From the NCBI GenBank assembly GCA_963756115.1, contig CAVWMN010000010.1, forward strand, positions 688,109 to 752,108: a DNA stretch of 64,000 nucleotides, given 5' to 3'. The DNA comes from an uncultured Flavobacteriaceae bacterium. Lineage in GTDB: Bacteria; Bacteroidota; Bacteroidia; Flavobacteriales; Flavobacteriaceae. Below, piece after piece: positions 18,951-29,047 of this stretch (positions are counted from its first letter, which is position 1; each line of letters opens with the position of its first letter). The notes below the pieces were generated by a model, which did not search any database, had not been told where the DNA came from, and worked only from the letters and a program-made list of their open reading frames with translations. Both the position numbers and the translations under genes were made by a program.

Positions 18951-19835
18951 TTAATTTACCTGATAAACCCGGACGTAATCAACCTCCATTACGGCCGGGA
19001 AAATGGAATCGTCTACGCCCTGAAGTCCTCCCCAGTTGCCCCCTACCGCAATGTTCATCAGAAAATAGAACGGTTTGGAAAATGGCCAGTTCTCCGCAGT
19101 GGTGATGGTGGGCCGGAAAAAGTTGAGTTTTACATTGTCCATGTCATCAATATAGAATTTGATGTATTTGTCTGACCAAAGTATCCCATAAGCATGAAAT
19201 TCCTCTTCTATGGATTCCAGGGCTACCGGCCCGGAGGTTATCTGGGTTCCGATTGAATGGTTATTAGCTGTGCTGTGAAGGGAAAAATGGGTTTGATTGG
19301 GTTCAAAACTGACATATTCCATAATATCTATTTCTCCGCAAGCCGGCCATCCAACGGAACTGATCTCACTCCCGAGCATCCAGAGTGCAGGCCATATACC
19401 ATTTCCCTTATGTTCCGGTATTTTGGCCCGAATCTCCATCCTTCCATATGTAAATGATTCGGTGCTGTTGAGTCGGGCAGAGGTATATTCCCCTACCGTA
19501 TGTCCATCCCCAATTTTTTTGGCATAGATCTTCAGGATACCATCACTTACTTCTGTGTTCCCTTCTGCCACATAATCCTGCCATTCATTGTTACCCCAGC
19601 CATGGGATCCGGTTTCGAGCGTCCAGTTGTCCGGATTGAGTTCAGTCCCGTCAAATTCGTCATTCCAGACAAGCTCTGCGCTTTCCCAATACCCGGGATC
19701 GTTCGCATCCGGCGTCTGCGGTACTTCCTGCTGAGGGTCAGGGGTTTCTGCCTGTGCCGGGGCTTCAGAATTACTGCAGGCCATGCACAGAAATACGAAG
19801 AGGCCATTGTAGGAAAATTTGAAATTTGTGTACAT
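18951..19835 (-). CDS. Glycoside hydrolase family 16 lipoprotein (laminarinase/beta-glucanase-like)
   Basis: Carries the GH16 catalytic motif GEIDIMEY (ExDxxE) and the WPALWML motif. An N-terminal lipobox is present (FLCMAC). Confidence 0.9.
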   Translation of the reverse strand: MYTNFKFSYNGLFVFLCMACSNSEAPAQAETPDPQQEVPQTPDANDPGYWESAELVWNDEFDGTELNPDNWTLETGSHGWGNNEWQDYVAEGNTEVSDGILKIYAKKIGDGHTVGEYTSARLNSTESFTYGRMEIRAKIPEHKGNGIWPALWMLGSEISSVGWPACGEIDIMEYVSFEPNQTHFSLHSTANNHSIGTQITSGPVALESIEEEFHAYGILWSDKYIKFYIDDMDNVKLNFFRPTITTAENWPFSKPFYFLMNIAVGGNWGGLQGVDDSIFPAVMEVDYVRVYQVN

Positions 19836-19899
19836 AGCGTTTTATTTGATTATAAATTTTTTCAGGACGGCCGGAGGCCGAATACACCGCGGGCTTTTT

Positions 19900-22227
19900 T
19901 TAATTGTCCAGGACTTCCAGCCGGGCGAACCGGAGCAAAAGCTTTTTTATATCCCCCTTTTCAAATTGGATCTCGGCTTTTTTGTCATTTCCCACCCCTT
20001 CGATCTTCAATACCTTTCCATTTCCGAACCGGCTGTGATAGACCCGTGAACCCGACGTAAGATTCGGATCAATTACATTGGTATTGCCTAAAGGGGTTGC
20101 CAATTCCGGTTTCAGTTTTCGCAGCTTCCGCAGTTGGCCTTCATTAGGCTTTAGGATTCCAGGGGGCGAACTGTTCACAGGCTTGTTCTGCCGTAATCGG
20201 CTCTTGTCCACATCGCCGAAAATATCCGTATTGATAAGAGGTTTAAACCGGTAATTGTCTACCGGAGTGAGGTTTTCGACATATTTTTCATCGATTTCCT
20301 CCAGGAACCGGCTGGGTTCCGCATCGATAAGTTTGCCCCAGCGATACCGGTTTTGTGTGTAGGTGAGGTAAGCCTCCTTTTCAGCACGGGTAAGTGCCAC
20401 ATAGAATAACCTACGTTCCTCCTCCAATTCACTACGGGTATTCATGCTCATGGCAGATGGGAAAAGGTCTTCTTCCATGCCAACGATATAAACAAATGGG
20501 AACTCAAGCCCCTTGGCGATGTGGATGGTCATCAGGGCAACCCGGTCATCGTCCCCTACATCTTTGTCCAGATCGGTTGCAAGGGCAACGTCTTCCAGGA
20601 ATTCCGAAAGGTCACCCCGCGCATCTGCAATTTCCTTCTGGCCTTCCACAAAGTCCTGAATCCCGTTAAGCAGTTCTTCGATATTCTCCATCCGGCCAAT
20701 GCCTTCCGGGGTACCATCCTTTTTAAATTCGAGCAGGATCCCGGTTTTCTTAGCAACATATTCTGACAGGGTAAAGGCATCCGTATTCTCATTCATGATC
20801 TGGAAACTCCGGATCATCGTAGTGAAATCCTGGAGCTTTCTCCTGGTACCAGAATTGATTTTAACGGAGGTCTGCTCCAGGTTTTCAATAACTTCAAAAA
20901 TAGAACGGCCATATTGTTTTGCCGCAACGATCAATTTATCGATAGTCGTCTGCCCGATACCACGTGCCGGAAAATTGATGATACGTTTTAAGGCTTCCTC
21001 GTCATTTGGATTGATCACCAGTCGAAGGTAGGAAAGCACATCCTTGATCTCCTTCCGTTGGTAAAAGGACAGGCCGCCGTAGATCCGGTAGGGTATATCC
21101 CTTTTCCGCAGTGCATCCTCTATAGCCCGGGATTGTGAATTGGTTCGGTAGAGGACAGCAAAATCGCCATTTGCCCTTTGTTGTTGCATTTTATTCTCGA
21201 AGATGGAACTCGCCACAAACCTGCCTTCCTCTGCATCCGTAACACTCCGGTGTATTTTAATCTTTGTCCCTTCATCATTGGCCGTCCAGACCAGTTTTTT
21301 CAATTGGTTCTTATTGTTGGCTATAATGGCGTTAGCCGCATTTACAATGTTTTGTGTTGAACGGTAATTTTGTTCAAGCCGGTACATGGCCACCTCATCA
21401 TAGTCCTTTTGAAAATTAAGGATATTGCTGATGTTGGCCCCCCGGAATGAATAAATACTCTGGGCATCGTCACCTACCACACAAATATTCTGGTAGCGGT
21501 CAGACAAAGCCTTTACGATAAGATATTGGGAATGGTTGGTATCCTGATACTCATCCACCAGGATGTACCGGAACCTGTCCTGATATTTCATCAGCACTTC
21601 CGGGAAACGACTCAATAGTTCATTGGTGCGCAGGAGCAGGTCATCAAAATCCATGGCCCCGGCCTTGAAGCAACGGTCAACATATTCCTTGTATATCTCG
21701 CCGAGCCGGGGCCTCTTGGCCATGGCATCCGCTTCTATCAGTTCCGGGTTTTGAAAATAGGCCTTCACGGTGATCAGGCTGTTTTTATAGGAGGAGATCC
21801 GGTTTTGTATCTGTTTGTATTTATAGATATCCTTATCCAAAGCCATCTCCCGGATTATGGACGATATCAGCCGCTGGGAATCCTGGGTATCGTAGATGGT
21901 AAAATTACTGGGATAGCCTAGTTTATCCCCGTCAAACCGCAATAATTTTGCAAATACGGAATGAAAAGTACCCATCCATAAATTTTTAGCTTCGGACCCC
22001 CCTACAATTCCAGCGATGCGCTTTTTCATTTCCCGCGCTGCCTTATTCGTAAAAGTAAGGGCCAAAATATTGAACGCATCCACGCCCTGGTCCATCAGAT
22101 ATGCTATCCGGTATGTAAGTACGCGGGTTTTTCCCGAGCCGGCACCGGCTATCACCATAAGTGGCCCCTCCTTATGCAATACGGGGGCTTTCTGAGCGTC
22201 ATTTAATTCTTCCAAAAACTGGTTCAA
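19900..22227 (-). CDS. ATP-dependent DNA helicase, UvrD/PcrA/Rep family
   Basis: 775-aa ORF with Walker A AGAGSGKT, VDEYQDTN and other SF1 motifs. It apparently starts at TTG because there is no in-frame upstream ATG before a stop. Confidence 0.9.
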   Translation of the reverse strand: MNQFLEELNDAQKAPVLHKEGPLMVIAGAGSGKTRVLTYRIAYLMDQGVDAFNILALTFTNKAAREMKKRIAGIVGGSEAKNLWMGTFHSVFAKLLRFDGDKLGYPSNFTIYDTQDSQRLISSIIREMALDKDIYKYKQIQNRISSYKNSLITVKAYFQNPELIEADAMAKRPRLGEIYKEYVDRCFKAGAMDFDDLLLRTNELLSRFPEVLMKYQDRFRYILVDEYQDTNHSQYLIVKALSDRYQNICVVGDDAQSIYSFRGANISNILNFQKDYDEVAMYRLEQNYRSTQNIVNAANAIIANNKNQLKKLVWTANDEGTKIKIHRSVTDAEEGRFVASSIFENKMQQQRANGDFAVLYRTNSQSRAIEDALRKRDIPYRIYGGLSFYQRKEIKDVLSYLRLVINPNDEEALKRIINFPARGIGQTTIDKLIVAAKQYGRSIFEVIENLEQTSVKINSGTRRKLQDFTTMIRSFQIMNENTDAFTLSEYVAKKTGILLEFKKDGTPEGIGRMENIEELLNGIQDFVEGQKEIADARGDLSEFLEDVALATDLDKDVGDDDRVALMTIHIAKGLEFPFVYIVGMEEDLFPSAMSMNTRSELEEERRLFYVALTRAEKEAYLTYTQNRYRWGKLIDAEPSRFLEEIDEKYVENLTPVDNYRFKPLINTDIFGDVDKSRLRQNKPVNSSPPGILKPNEGQLRKLRKLKPELATPLGNTNVIDPNLTSGSRVYHSRFGNGKVLKIEGVGNDKKAEIQFEKGDIKKLLLRFARLEVLDN

Positions 22228-22540
22228 GCCATCAAATTTAGTCCGTGAATTTAGCCATAAAATGTGTTAGATTAAAATCATCTTTCCCCGAATTGTAAAA
22301 ACCTGCCCGGCAGCATGGCAAACAGGCCCGATTAGAAATACCTGCAATAAAACCGGTCGATAATGCCTGAAGCCCCTTACTATATAATTTCCACGGTTAG
22401 TATAAGTTTCCAATTATTTTCCCGGAACGCAGCCCCATACTTTCCTGTTACACAGACGGGAGGGATTTTACCGCTTATTATGACCGAATTTCTACGGCTT
22501 CCTTTTCATTCTATTTCCTATATTTAGCGAAATCAAACAA

Positions 22541-23077
22541 ATGAAGAAAAACCTCATCCTCATTTTCAGTGTTTGTTGTACCGGTATTTCATGGGGGCAG
22601 CAAAAAGCAGCCGGACCCCTGATCCCTGATTTCGGGGAAGTTTGGAAAGTTGAAAACACTACGTATCCCACGGATACCTCTGGAGAATTCAAGGTGGTTT
22701 TTGATATTATGGACAGCCCGGATTCGCATTCGGAAATCAACAGGGCAATGGAAACCGCTGCCCGTTTTTTGAATATGCACGCGCAGAACGGCGTTCCCCC
22801 CGAAAACCTGAAAGTAATCCTGGTGGTCCATAATGAGGCAACCAAGGATATCCTAAGCAACCCTTCCTATGAAGATCGGTTCGGTAGTCCAAATCCCAAT
22901 TCGGCGCTGGTACGGGAACTGCTGGATGCCGGTGCCGGGGTAATCCTTTGCGGGCAATCATCAGCCTCCCGGCAAATGCCGCTGACCGAAGCTATTGGTG
23001 GCGTAAAATTGGCGTTATCCGCCATGACTGCGCTGGTACAATTACAGAATGAGGGCTATCAATTACTAAAATTTTAA
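22541..23077 (+). CDS. DsrE/DsrF-like family protein with signal peptide
   Basis: 178-aa ORF with an N-terminal signal (LILIFSVCCTGISWGQQ). The VILVVHNEATK...ILCGQS pattern resembles the DsrE fold. The assignment is tentative. Confidence 0.5.
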   Translation: MKKNLILIFSVCCTGISWGQQKAAGPLIPDFGEVWKVENTTYPTDTSGEFKVVFDIMDSPDSHSEINRAMETAARFLNMHAQNGVPPENLKVILVVHNEATKDILSNPSYEDRFGSPNPNSALVRELLDAGAGVILCGQSSASRQMPLTEAIGGVKLALSAMTALVQLQNEGYQLLKF

Positions 23078-23092
23078 CCTAATATAATATTT

Positions 23093-24370
23093 ATGAATAA
23101 AGTATTGATCATTGCAGTATGTTGTATAGGATATGCAGGGTTTTCCCAGGACCCTGACCTGGAAACGGAATTTGAATCCATCGAATCCAAGGTCATTGAA
23201 TGGCGGAGGGATATACATCAGCATCCGGAACTTTCCAACCGTGAATTTAAAACAGCAGAAAAGATAGCCGCACACCTGAAATCGCTCGGGATTGCTGTTC
23301 AGACAGGAGTTGCCCATACGGGGGTTGTTGGTGTCCTGAAGGGAGGGCAAGCGGGGAAGGTGGTTGCTCTTAGGGCGGATATCGATGCCTTACCCGTAAC
23401 GGAACGCAACGACCTCCCGTTTAAATCCACTGTTACCTCTGAATTCATGGGTGAAAAAGTAGGGGTCATGCATGCCTGTGGCCATGATACGCACACCGCA
23501 ATCCTGATGGGGGTGGCCGAAGTGCTTGCAGCCAATAAGGACAAGATACACGGCACAGTAAAATTCATTTTTCAGCCAGCTGAAGAAGGCGCACCCCCGG
23601 GGGAGGAAGGTGGTGCCTTGCTGATGGTAAAGGAAGGGGTGTTAAAGAATCCTGATGTTGATGCAATTTTTGGCCTCCATATCAATTCACAAACCCCGGT
23701 TGGGGTCATCCGCTATAAGTCCGGAGGAACCATGGCCTCCGCCCAGCGATTTGTAATCAATGTAAAAGGGACCCAGACACATGGTTCCCAGCCCTGGTCC
23801 GGGGTCGATCCAATATTGATCAGTGCAAAGATCATAGACGGCCTGCAGACCATCATCAGCCGGGAGGTCAACTTAACCAATGAAGCAGCCGTCATTACTA
23901 TCGGTAAAATTACCAGCGGTGTACGTTTTAATATTATCCCCGAGAGCGCCGAAATGGTCGGTACCATCCGTACGCTAGATTATGACATGCAGAAGCAGAT
24001 CAACCGCAGGATGGAAGAAATGGTGCCGGCACTTGCAAAGGCATACGGAGGGGACGCCACCATCGAAATTACCACGAGTACAGAAATAACCTATAATGAC
24101 CCTGACCTGGTGACCACCATGTTACCTACCCTCCAAAGGGTGGCAGGTGCAGATAACGTACAAATCCAAAAAGCCGTCACAGGAGCAGAGGATTTTTCAT
24201 ACTATCAACGCGATGTTCCGGGTTTTTTCTTTTTCCTCGGGGGAATGACCCCCGGTTCCACAGCCTCATACCCACATCATACCCCTGATTTCAGGATTGA
24301 CGACAGCGGGTTACTGCTGGGTGTTAAAACCCTGACCGAGATGACACTCGATTATTTAAATAAATCCTAA
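23093..24370 (+). CDS. M20 family amidohydrolase (N-acyl-L-amino-acid amidohydrolase / hippurate hydrolase-like), secreted
   Basis: 425-aa ORF with a signal peptide and M20D motifs ALRADIDALP, MHACGHDTH and FQPAEEG. Confidence 0.85.
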   Translation: MNKVLIIAVCCIGYAGFSQDPDLETEFESIESKVIEWRRDIHQHPELSNREFKTAEKIAAHLKSLGIAVQTGVAHTGVVGVLKGGQAGKVVALRADIDALPVTERNDLPFKSTVTSEFMGEKVGVMHACGHDTHTAILMGVAEVLAANKDKIHGTVKFIFQPAEEGAPPGEEGGALLMVKEGVLKNPDVDAIFGLHINSQTPVGVIRYKSGGTMASAQRFVINVKGTQTHGSQPWSGVDPILISAKIIDGLQTIISREVNLTNEAAVITIGKITSGVRFNIIPESAEMVGTIRTLDYDMQKQINRRMEEMVPALAKAYGGDATIEITTSTEITYNDPDLVTTMLPTLQRVAGADNVQIQKAVTGAEDFSYYQRDVPGFFFFLGGMTPGSTASYPHHTPDFRIDDSGLLLGVKTLTEMTLDYLNKS

Positions 24371-24529
24371 CAGTAAGCCACAGCGCCATTATTGGCACTA
24401 CATGTGCCACCTTTTGGTAGCTGGTAAGATGTTTTTATTTCCCGTCTGACGCAGGACCCTTGCCGGGCTGGTATGGGTAAAAAAGGACGTCGGATGCAGT
24501 AACCTTCATATTTGAGGCATAAAAATTGC

Positions 24530-24537
24530 TATTTTTG
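24530..24537 (+). promoter_or_regulatory. Bacteroidetes-type -7 promoter box (TATTTTTG)
   Basis: Exact TAnnTTTG match followed by CAG, 50 nt upstream of the ATG at 24587. Confidence 0.3.
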
Positions 24538-24586
24538 CAGCAGAATTTTTAAAAGCAATTGTTTCTAAATCCAAAAACACCACCCC

Positions 24587-25366
24587 ATGAGTAGAATTAT
24601 ACCCTTCGTTTGCTTACTTGTCCTTGCCTCGAATATACTTACTGCACAAAAGAAGAGCGAGCTTCTCTCAGAAATATCCAGTTTAAGGCATAGCCTTGAT
24701 TCCACCCGGGCCCTGGTGAAAACTGCACAGAACAATGAAAAGATGAGTATTACCCGCGCCCAATCTTTTCAGGAGCAGGTGAAGGAACTGCAAAGCGCCA
24801 ATGCCACATTGCTCCAGAACCTTAACAATTTTGCACAGGTATCCAATACGAATTCGAGTAATATAAACCGTACCCTGGCCAGCCTCCAGGACAAGGAGCG
24901 CCAGTTGAAAAGTATCAATGAAGCCATAGCAAGGTTTGATTCTACCGCCATTGTAGTGCTGACCAATACGAAACAGACCCTGGGTGAGAATGCACGGATA
25001 TCCGTTGTGGAAGGTGCCGTCAATGTGATGGCAGACCTCACCCTTTTATTCGGGTCTTCGGATCAATCCGAATTGAGCCCGGAAGGCGTTACCTGGCTTG
25101 AAAAAGTAGCGCTTGTTTTAAAGACGAACCCGGATTTAGCCCTTACCATTGAAGGCCTGAGCATGACAGGTGAAATCGACCTCGCCACGACACAGGCAGC
25201 CGCGGCAGGCAGAGCCCTCCAAAATTTTGGGATTGATCCGGACCGGATACGGTTAACGGGAAAAGACGGGAATTTTAAGGAAGGGATCCTTCTGAAAATG
25301 CATCCTAAATTCCAGCAATTCTACCTTATGGTCCGGGAAAATATGAAAAACGCCAAGAACCAATAA
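24587..25366 (+). CDS. Secreted coiled-coil protein with degenerate OmpA-like C-terminal domain
   Basis: 259-aa ORF with a signal peptide. Its architecture parallels 14552-15403, but the HTD and SxxRA peptidoglycan-contact motifs are replaced (TIEGLSMTGE, TTQAAAAGRAL). Confidence 0.5.
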   Translation: MSRIIPFVCLLVLASNILTAQKKSELLSEISSLRHSLDSTRALVKTAQNNEKMSITRAQSFQEQVKELQSANATLLQNLNNFAQVSNTNSSNINRTLASLQDKERQLKSINEAIARFDSTAIVVLTNTKQTLGENARISVVEGAVNVMADLTLLFGSSDQSELSPEGVTWLEKVALVLKTNPDLALTIEGLSMTGEIDLATTQAAAAGRALQNFGIDPDRIRLTGKDGNFKEGILLKMHPKFQQFYLMVRENMKNAKNQ

Positions 25367-25437
25367 GGAATACGGGAGGCAGGTATAATTTTTACTGCAT
25401 TCAGGCGTTTAATTTCCTGTAACCAAAAATCAAACGC

Positions 25438-25956
25438 ATGACCGGAGACGGAATTTTCCAATTGTTTGCCTTCCTGCTGCCAGCCGTTGTAACCGGCGCT
25501 GTTGCCTTTTATTTTTTCAGGCTACATACCAATAATGAAGAAGGGCGCAGGCGCTATATGCTTCACAAGGATTACCAAAAAAACTCCATGCCGATCAGGC
25601 TGCAGGCATACGAACGAATGGCATTATTCCTGGAACGGATTTCAATCCCAAGCCTGGTAGTACGGGTAGCACCGAAATCATCGGATAAAAATGCCTATGA
25701 AAACCTGCTCGTAAAAAGTATTGAGAATGAATTCGACCACAACCTCTCACAACAGATCTATATGAGTGATGAGTGCTGGAATATCATCAAGGCAGCCAAA
25801 AGTGCCACCATACAACTCATACGCAGGGCCGGCATGAGTGAAACGGATTCCGCCGATAAGTTACGGGAAGATATCCTTAACCTTACCATGGACAAGCAAT
25901 CCCCCTCTGCAACGGCACTCTCCTTTGTTAAAAAGGAGATTAGCGCCCTGTGGTAA
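25438..25956 (+). CDS. Hypothetical membrane-anchored protein
   Basis: 172-aa ORF with one N-terminal TM helix (FQLFAFLLPAVVTGAVAFYFF). I recognised no other motif. Confidence 0.45.
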   Translation: MTGDGIFQLFAFLLPAVVTGAVAFYFFRLHTNNEEGRRRYMLHKDYQKNSMPIRLQAYERMALFLERISIPSLVVRVAPKSSDKNAYENLLVKSIENEFDHNLSQQIYMSDECWNIIKAAKSATIQLIRRAGMSETDSADKLREDILNLTMDKQSPSATALSFVKKEISALW

Positions 25957-25975
25957 CAAACCCCCGGGAGTTCCC

Positions 25976-26881
25976 CTATTTTAGAGCAATTTCATTCAAT
26001 TCCAGATCCTTGCTTTCAGCATATTTGAAGCCACTCTCCCACCAGGAGGTCATCTTTTCATGATCAAAAATGAGGGAATTGGTCGTAAGCACAGTAGGGG
26101 TATAATAAAAATTTATCAGTGCACCATGGTGGTTGGCCACAAATTTACCGATGCGGATATTCTGGTTCTCGATCCTGTCCAGCATAAAACTGAACATGCT
26201 GGTAAGCAGGGAAAATACATTTTTTGAAGGCATCCTGTTGAAATGTGTTATTTCAGTATGGAGGATGATAGCATCGACTATTTTTGCTCCCCTGCGAACT
26301 GCTTCCTCAATTGGAACCATACTACCCAGCCCTCCATCCGCATATTCGCAACCATTTTTACGTACCAGGGTCATGAAAGGGGTGTAATTACAGGAGATCC
26401 ATATCCATTCACAAAAATCTTCATAGTTAAAATCTTTGATGGATTTATACTCCACCTGGTTCAGGGAAAGATTGGCCACCGTAACCACAATATCTTTTGG
26501 ACCCTCCTGTAGCTTTTTAAATTCGGCAGGGGTCAGGGTCCGTTTGATCAGTTCCAGCAAATTATGGCTTTCCCCAAAAGTTTTACTTCCCCGGTAAAAG
26601 TTTTTGACAACATTCCAGTGGTTGATCCCGATGTTGGCAACCCCATATTTTTTTTGGATCGTAAAGGGGCAGTTGCTAAATATACTGTCCTGATCAACGG
26701 AGGTATAAATGTCCTTTATCTTTTTTATTTTTTTGAGGGCCAGATGGGATATCAGCAGGCTGCCTGTGGAAGTGCCTAAAAAAAGGTCATAATTGTAAGC
26801 AGACTTTTCCATAAGATATTGGGCAACTCCCCCTGCAAATGCGCCTTTACTACCCCCGCCGGAAATGACCAATGCTCTCAT
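25976..26881 (-). CDS. Patatin-like phospholipase
   Basis: Carries the oxyanion motif GGGSKGAFAGG, the nucleophile motif GTSTGS and a downstream DGG (ADGGLG). Confidence 0.85.
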   Translation of the reverse strand: MRALVISGGGSKGAFAGGVAQYLMEKSAYNYDLFLGTSTGSLLISHLALKKIKKIKDIYTSVDQDSIFSNCPFTIQKKYGVANIGINHWNVVKNFYRGSKTFGESHNLLELIKRTLTPAEFKKLQEGPKDIVVTVANLSLNQVEYKSIKDFNYEDFCEWIWISCNYTPFMTLVRKNGCEYADGGLGSMVPIEEAVRRGAKIVDAIILHTEITHFNRMPSKNVFSLLTSMFSFMLDRIENQNIRIGKFVANHHGALINFYYTPTVLTTNSLIFDHEKMTSWWESGFKYAESKDLELNEIALK

Positions 26882-28968
26882 TATACTCCTAATTTAGTAT
26901 TTATATAACGAAGTTCCGCACCTTTTAGTTCTTTAGACAGCGTCTTCATCCGCAGCTTCAGTTTTTCATCTTTCAGGAGGTCATCCAGCATGTCCCGTGC
27001 AAAATTCCGAAATTGCCAGCTGTGGTGGACGGCCGCATTGGCAAGGTCTATCAGATTTTGATCAGAAAGTCCCATTATCTCCTGAAGGAGCATAAAGGCA
27101 TTCTGCCGGACTTCCATTGGAAACTGCGGATCTGTATAGCCACGCAATTCTTTCAACGCTGCCTCCTGCTCAGGGGTATCCAGATAGTCCCTGGTAATCA
27201 CTGCCAGGACCAGCCATAAAATACGGACGTTCTTATCAGGGAGACCGATGCAATTTTTGGTTCTGTCCAGGTATGCCTGGCGATCTGCCGGATAATACAC
27301 CCATAATTTATAAAGTGCGTTTTCTATTGTTTTATAACTGGGATCCGTTAACAGGGATTCAAACTGCGGCTTTAAACCTGCCGGTATCCTGTCCATGGCA
27401 AAAACCACTGCCTGCCGCAACGCCGTATCACCTGTCAGGAATACAGAACGGAGGAAGTTTTCAGAAAGCAATTGGTGATACGTCAGGATGACCTGCTTCT
27501 TAAATTCAACGGAGTGAGTCGTGTTCCAATATCGTTGTATGATCTCCTCATCATCCTGGTTACTGGTGGTGAGTTCGTGTTGCAATTCAAGGTAATCCCT
27601 GACACTCCCGGAACGGGACTTGAGTTTTTGACGTGCCTCCGATATGGGGAATACCGGGTCATTTAACCACGTAGTGCTAAAATCCCGGAGGTCCCGGCCA
27701 CTGGCCTTTTCCATTTCGGCGATAAAATCCGATACCTGCGCATTTCGGTAGGCATACTTTGTAAGATACGCTTCAATTCCCTGCTTAAAAGCCAATTCCC
27801 CGACTGTTTCCTGTAAGATATAAACCGCCCATGCACCTTTCTCATAAAAGGTAAGGCTGCTTGCCTGGGGATCCGTAAGTGCCTGCCCCTCCCCTTTTGA
27901 GGAAACAGCATCCAGTTGCAGCGCCGTCGCATACAGTTTCCAATAAAAATAGTCGTCCCCGAAAATTGTTTTTTCGGCCAGGTAGGCATAATAGGTGGCA
28001 AACCCTTCCTGCAGCCAGTGATGGCTCCCGCTTTCCTCTGTAACCAGGTCCCCGAACCACTGATGCGCCATTTCGTGTGCATTGACATTTACATAGTTTT
28101 TATCGATGAATGCAGTGGAATCAATCATGTAGCTGTCAGAAAAAATGGTCGTCCCTGTATTTTCCATCCCGGCATACAGAAAATCACGTACCGGTATCTC
28201 CCTGTAATTCTGCCAGGGATAGGGAACCCCAATTTCTGACTCCAGAAATTCAAAAATGGGGAGCGTATACCGGTACGTTGGCTCAATCCGCGAACTGTCT
28301 CCCGGATAGGAATACAAGTGCAATGGAACGCCGCTTTTGGTCTCCAGGGTGGTTTCATTGTAGGTGCCTATTACAAATGCCAGCAAATAACTGCTCATAG
28401 GGGCCTTCATATCATAATGCCAGGTTTTGCGACCGGCCGTCAGGTCCGTGCTTTTCAAGGTCCCATTGGCAATGACATCGTACCGGGCATCAAAGGTAAT
28501 GGACAGGTCAAATTCCACTTTTTGGTTCATATCATCAAAACTGGGAAGCCAATGGCTGGTAAACTTGCCCTGCCCCTGTGTCCAGACCTGTTCATTGTTT
28601 GGTATATCATCCTCCCAGCCCATAAAATATACGGTCTGGGAAGGGTTTGCCCTAAAATCAAGGGTGAGTGAATAGGATTGACCCGGGCGTACTTTTTTCA
28701 GGATGGAAATAGCGTTGCCGTTGTAAGCGTATTTAACCGCTTTCCCATCCAGGCGCACGGTATTGAATACCATGTCCCGCGCATCCAAAACAACGGAATC
28801 CAGTTTTTGGCTGACTGTAAAGGTATACACGACCAGTCCGTCGATCGTTCTTCCACTGGCATCAACATCCAACGAAATGGCGGCGTGTGAAAAATCGGCC
28901 ATCTGATTTTGCGCTTGGATATTAGCCGATAAAAACAAACACACTACCCCAACAAGAACGTTCTTCAT
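26881..28968 (-). CDS. M1 family metallopeptidase (aminopeptidase N-like) with C-terminal HEAT-like repeats, secreted
   Basis: Has a signal peptide, the exopeptidase motif AGMENTG and the zinc motif HEMAHQWFGD...WLQEGFATY. Its stop overlaps the patatin start as TAATG. Confidence 0.9.
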   Translation of the reverse strand: MKNVLVGVVCLFLSANIQAQNQMADFSHAAISLDVDASGRTIDGLVVYTFTVSQKLDSVVLDARDMVFNTVRLDGKAVKYAYNGNAISILKKVRPGQSYSLTLDFRANPSQTVYFMGWEDDIPNNEQVWTQGQGKFTSHWLPSFDDMNQKVEFDLSITFDARYDVIANGTLKSTDLTAGRKTWHYDMKAPMSSYLLAFVIGTYNETTLETKSGVPLHLYSYPGDSSRIEPTYRYTLPIFEFLESEIGVPYPWQNYREIPVRDFLYAGMENTGTTIFSDSYMIDSTAFIDKNYVNVNAHEMAHQWFGDLVTEESGSHHWLQEGFATYYAYLAEKTIFGDDYFYWKLYATALQLDAVSSKGEGQALTDPQASSLTFYEKGAWAVYILQETVGELAFKQGIEAYLTKYAYRNAQVSDFIAEMEKASGRDLRDFSTTWLNDPVFPISEARQKLKSRSGSVRDYLELQHELTTSNQDDEEIIQRYWNTTHSVEFKKQVILTYHQLLSENFLRSVFLTGDTALRQAVVFAMDRIPAGLKPQFESLLTDPSYKTIENALYKLWVYYPADRQAYLDRTKNCIGLPDKNVRILWLVLAVITRDYLDTPEQEAALKELRGYTDPQFPMEVRQNAFMLLQEIMGLSDQNLIDLANAAVHHSWQFRNFARDMLDDLLKDEKLKLRMKTLSKELKGAELRYINTKLGV

Positions 28969-29047
28969 AACTTTTCGTGCATATACACTTCCAAATTTAG
29001 CGTTTTGTATAATTGCAGTTGTACAGGCTAAGCACTAATTTAGGCGG

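Noticed and set aside
19836-19899. A GC-rich mini-hairpin (CGGCC-GGA-GGCCG) between the UvrD-family helicase gene and the GH16 gene, considered as a terminator.
   Set aside because: It has a 5-bp stem with a 3-nt loop, and on the coding (minus) strand it is not followed by a T-run. The two genes may simply be co-transcribed.
25976-26881. The patatin-like phospholipase as a CBASS-type or other defence effector.
   Set aside because: No cyclase/nucleotidyltransferase, sensor or other defence gene is adjacent. It is translationally coupled to an M1 aminopeptidase and flanked by recG and ordinary genes.
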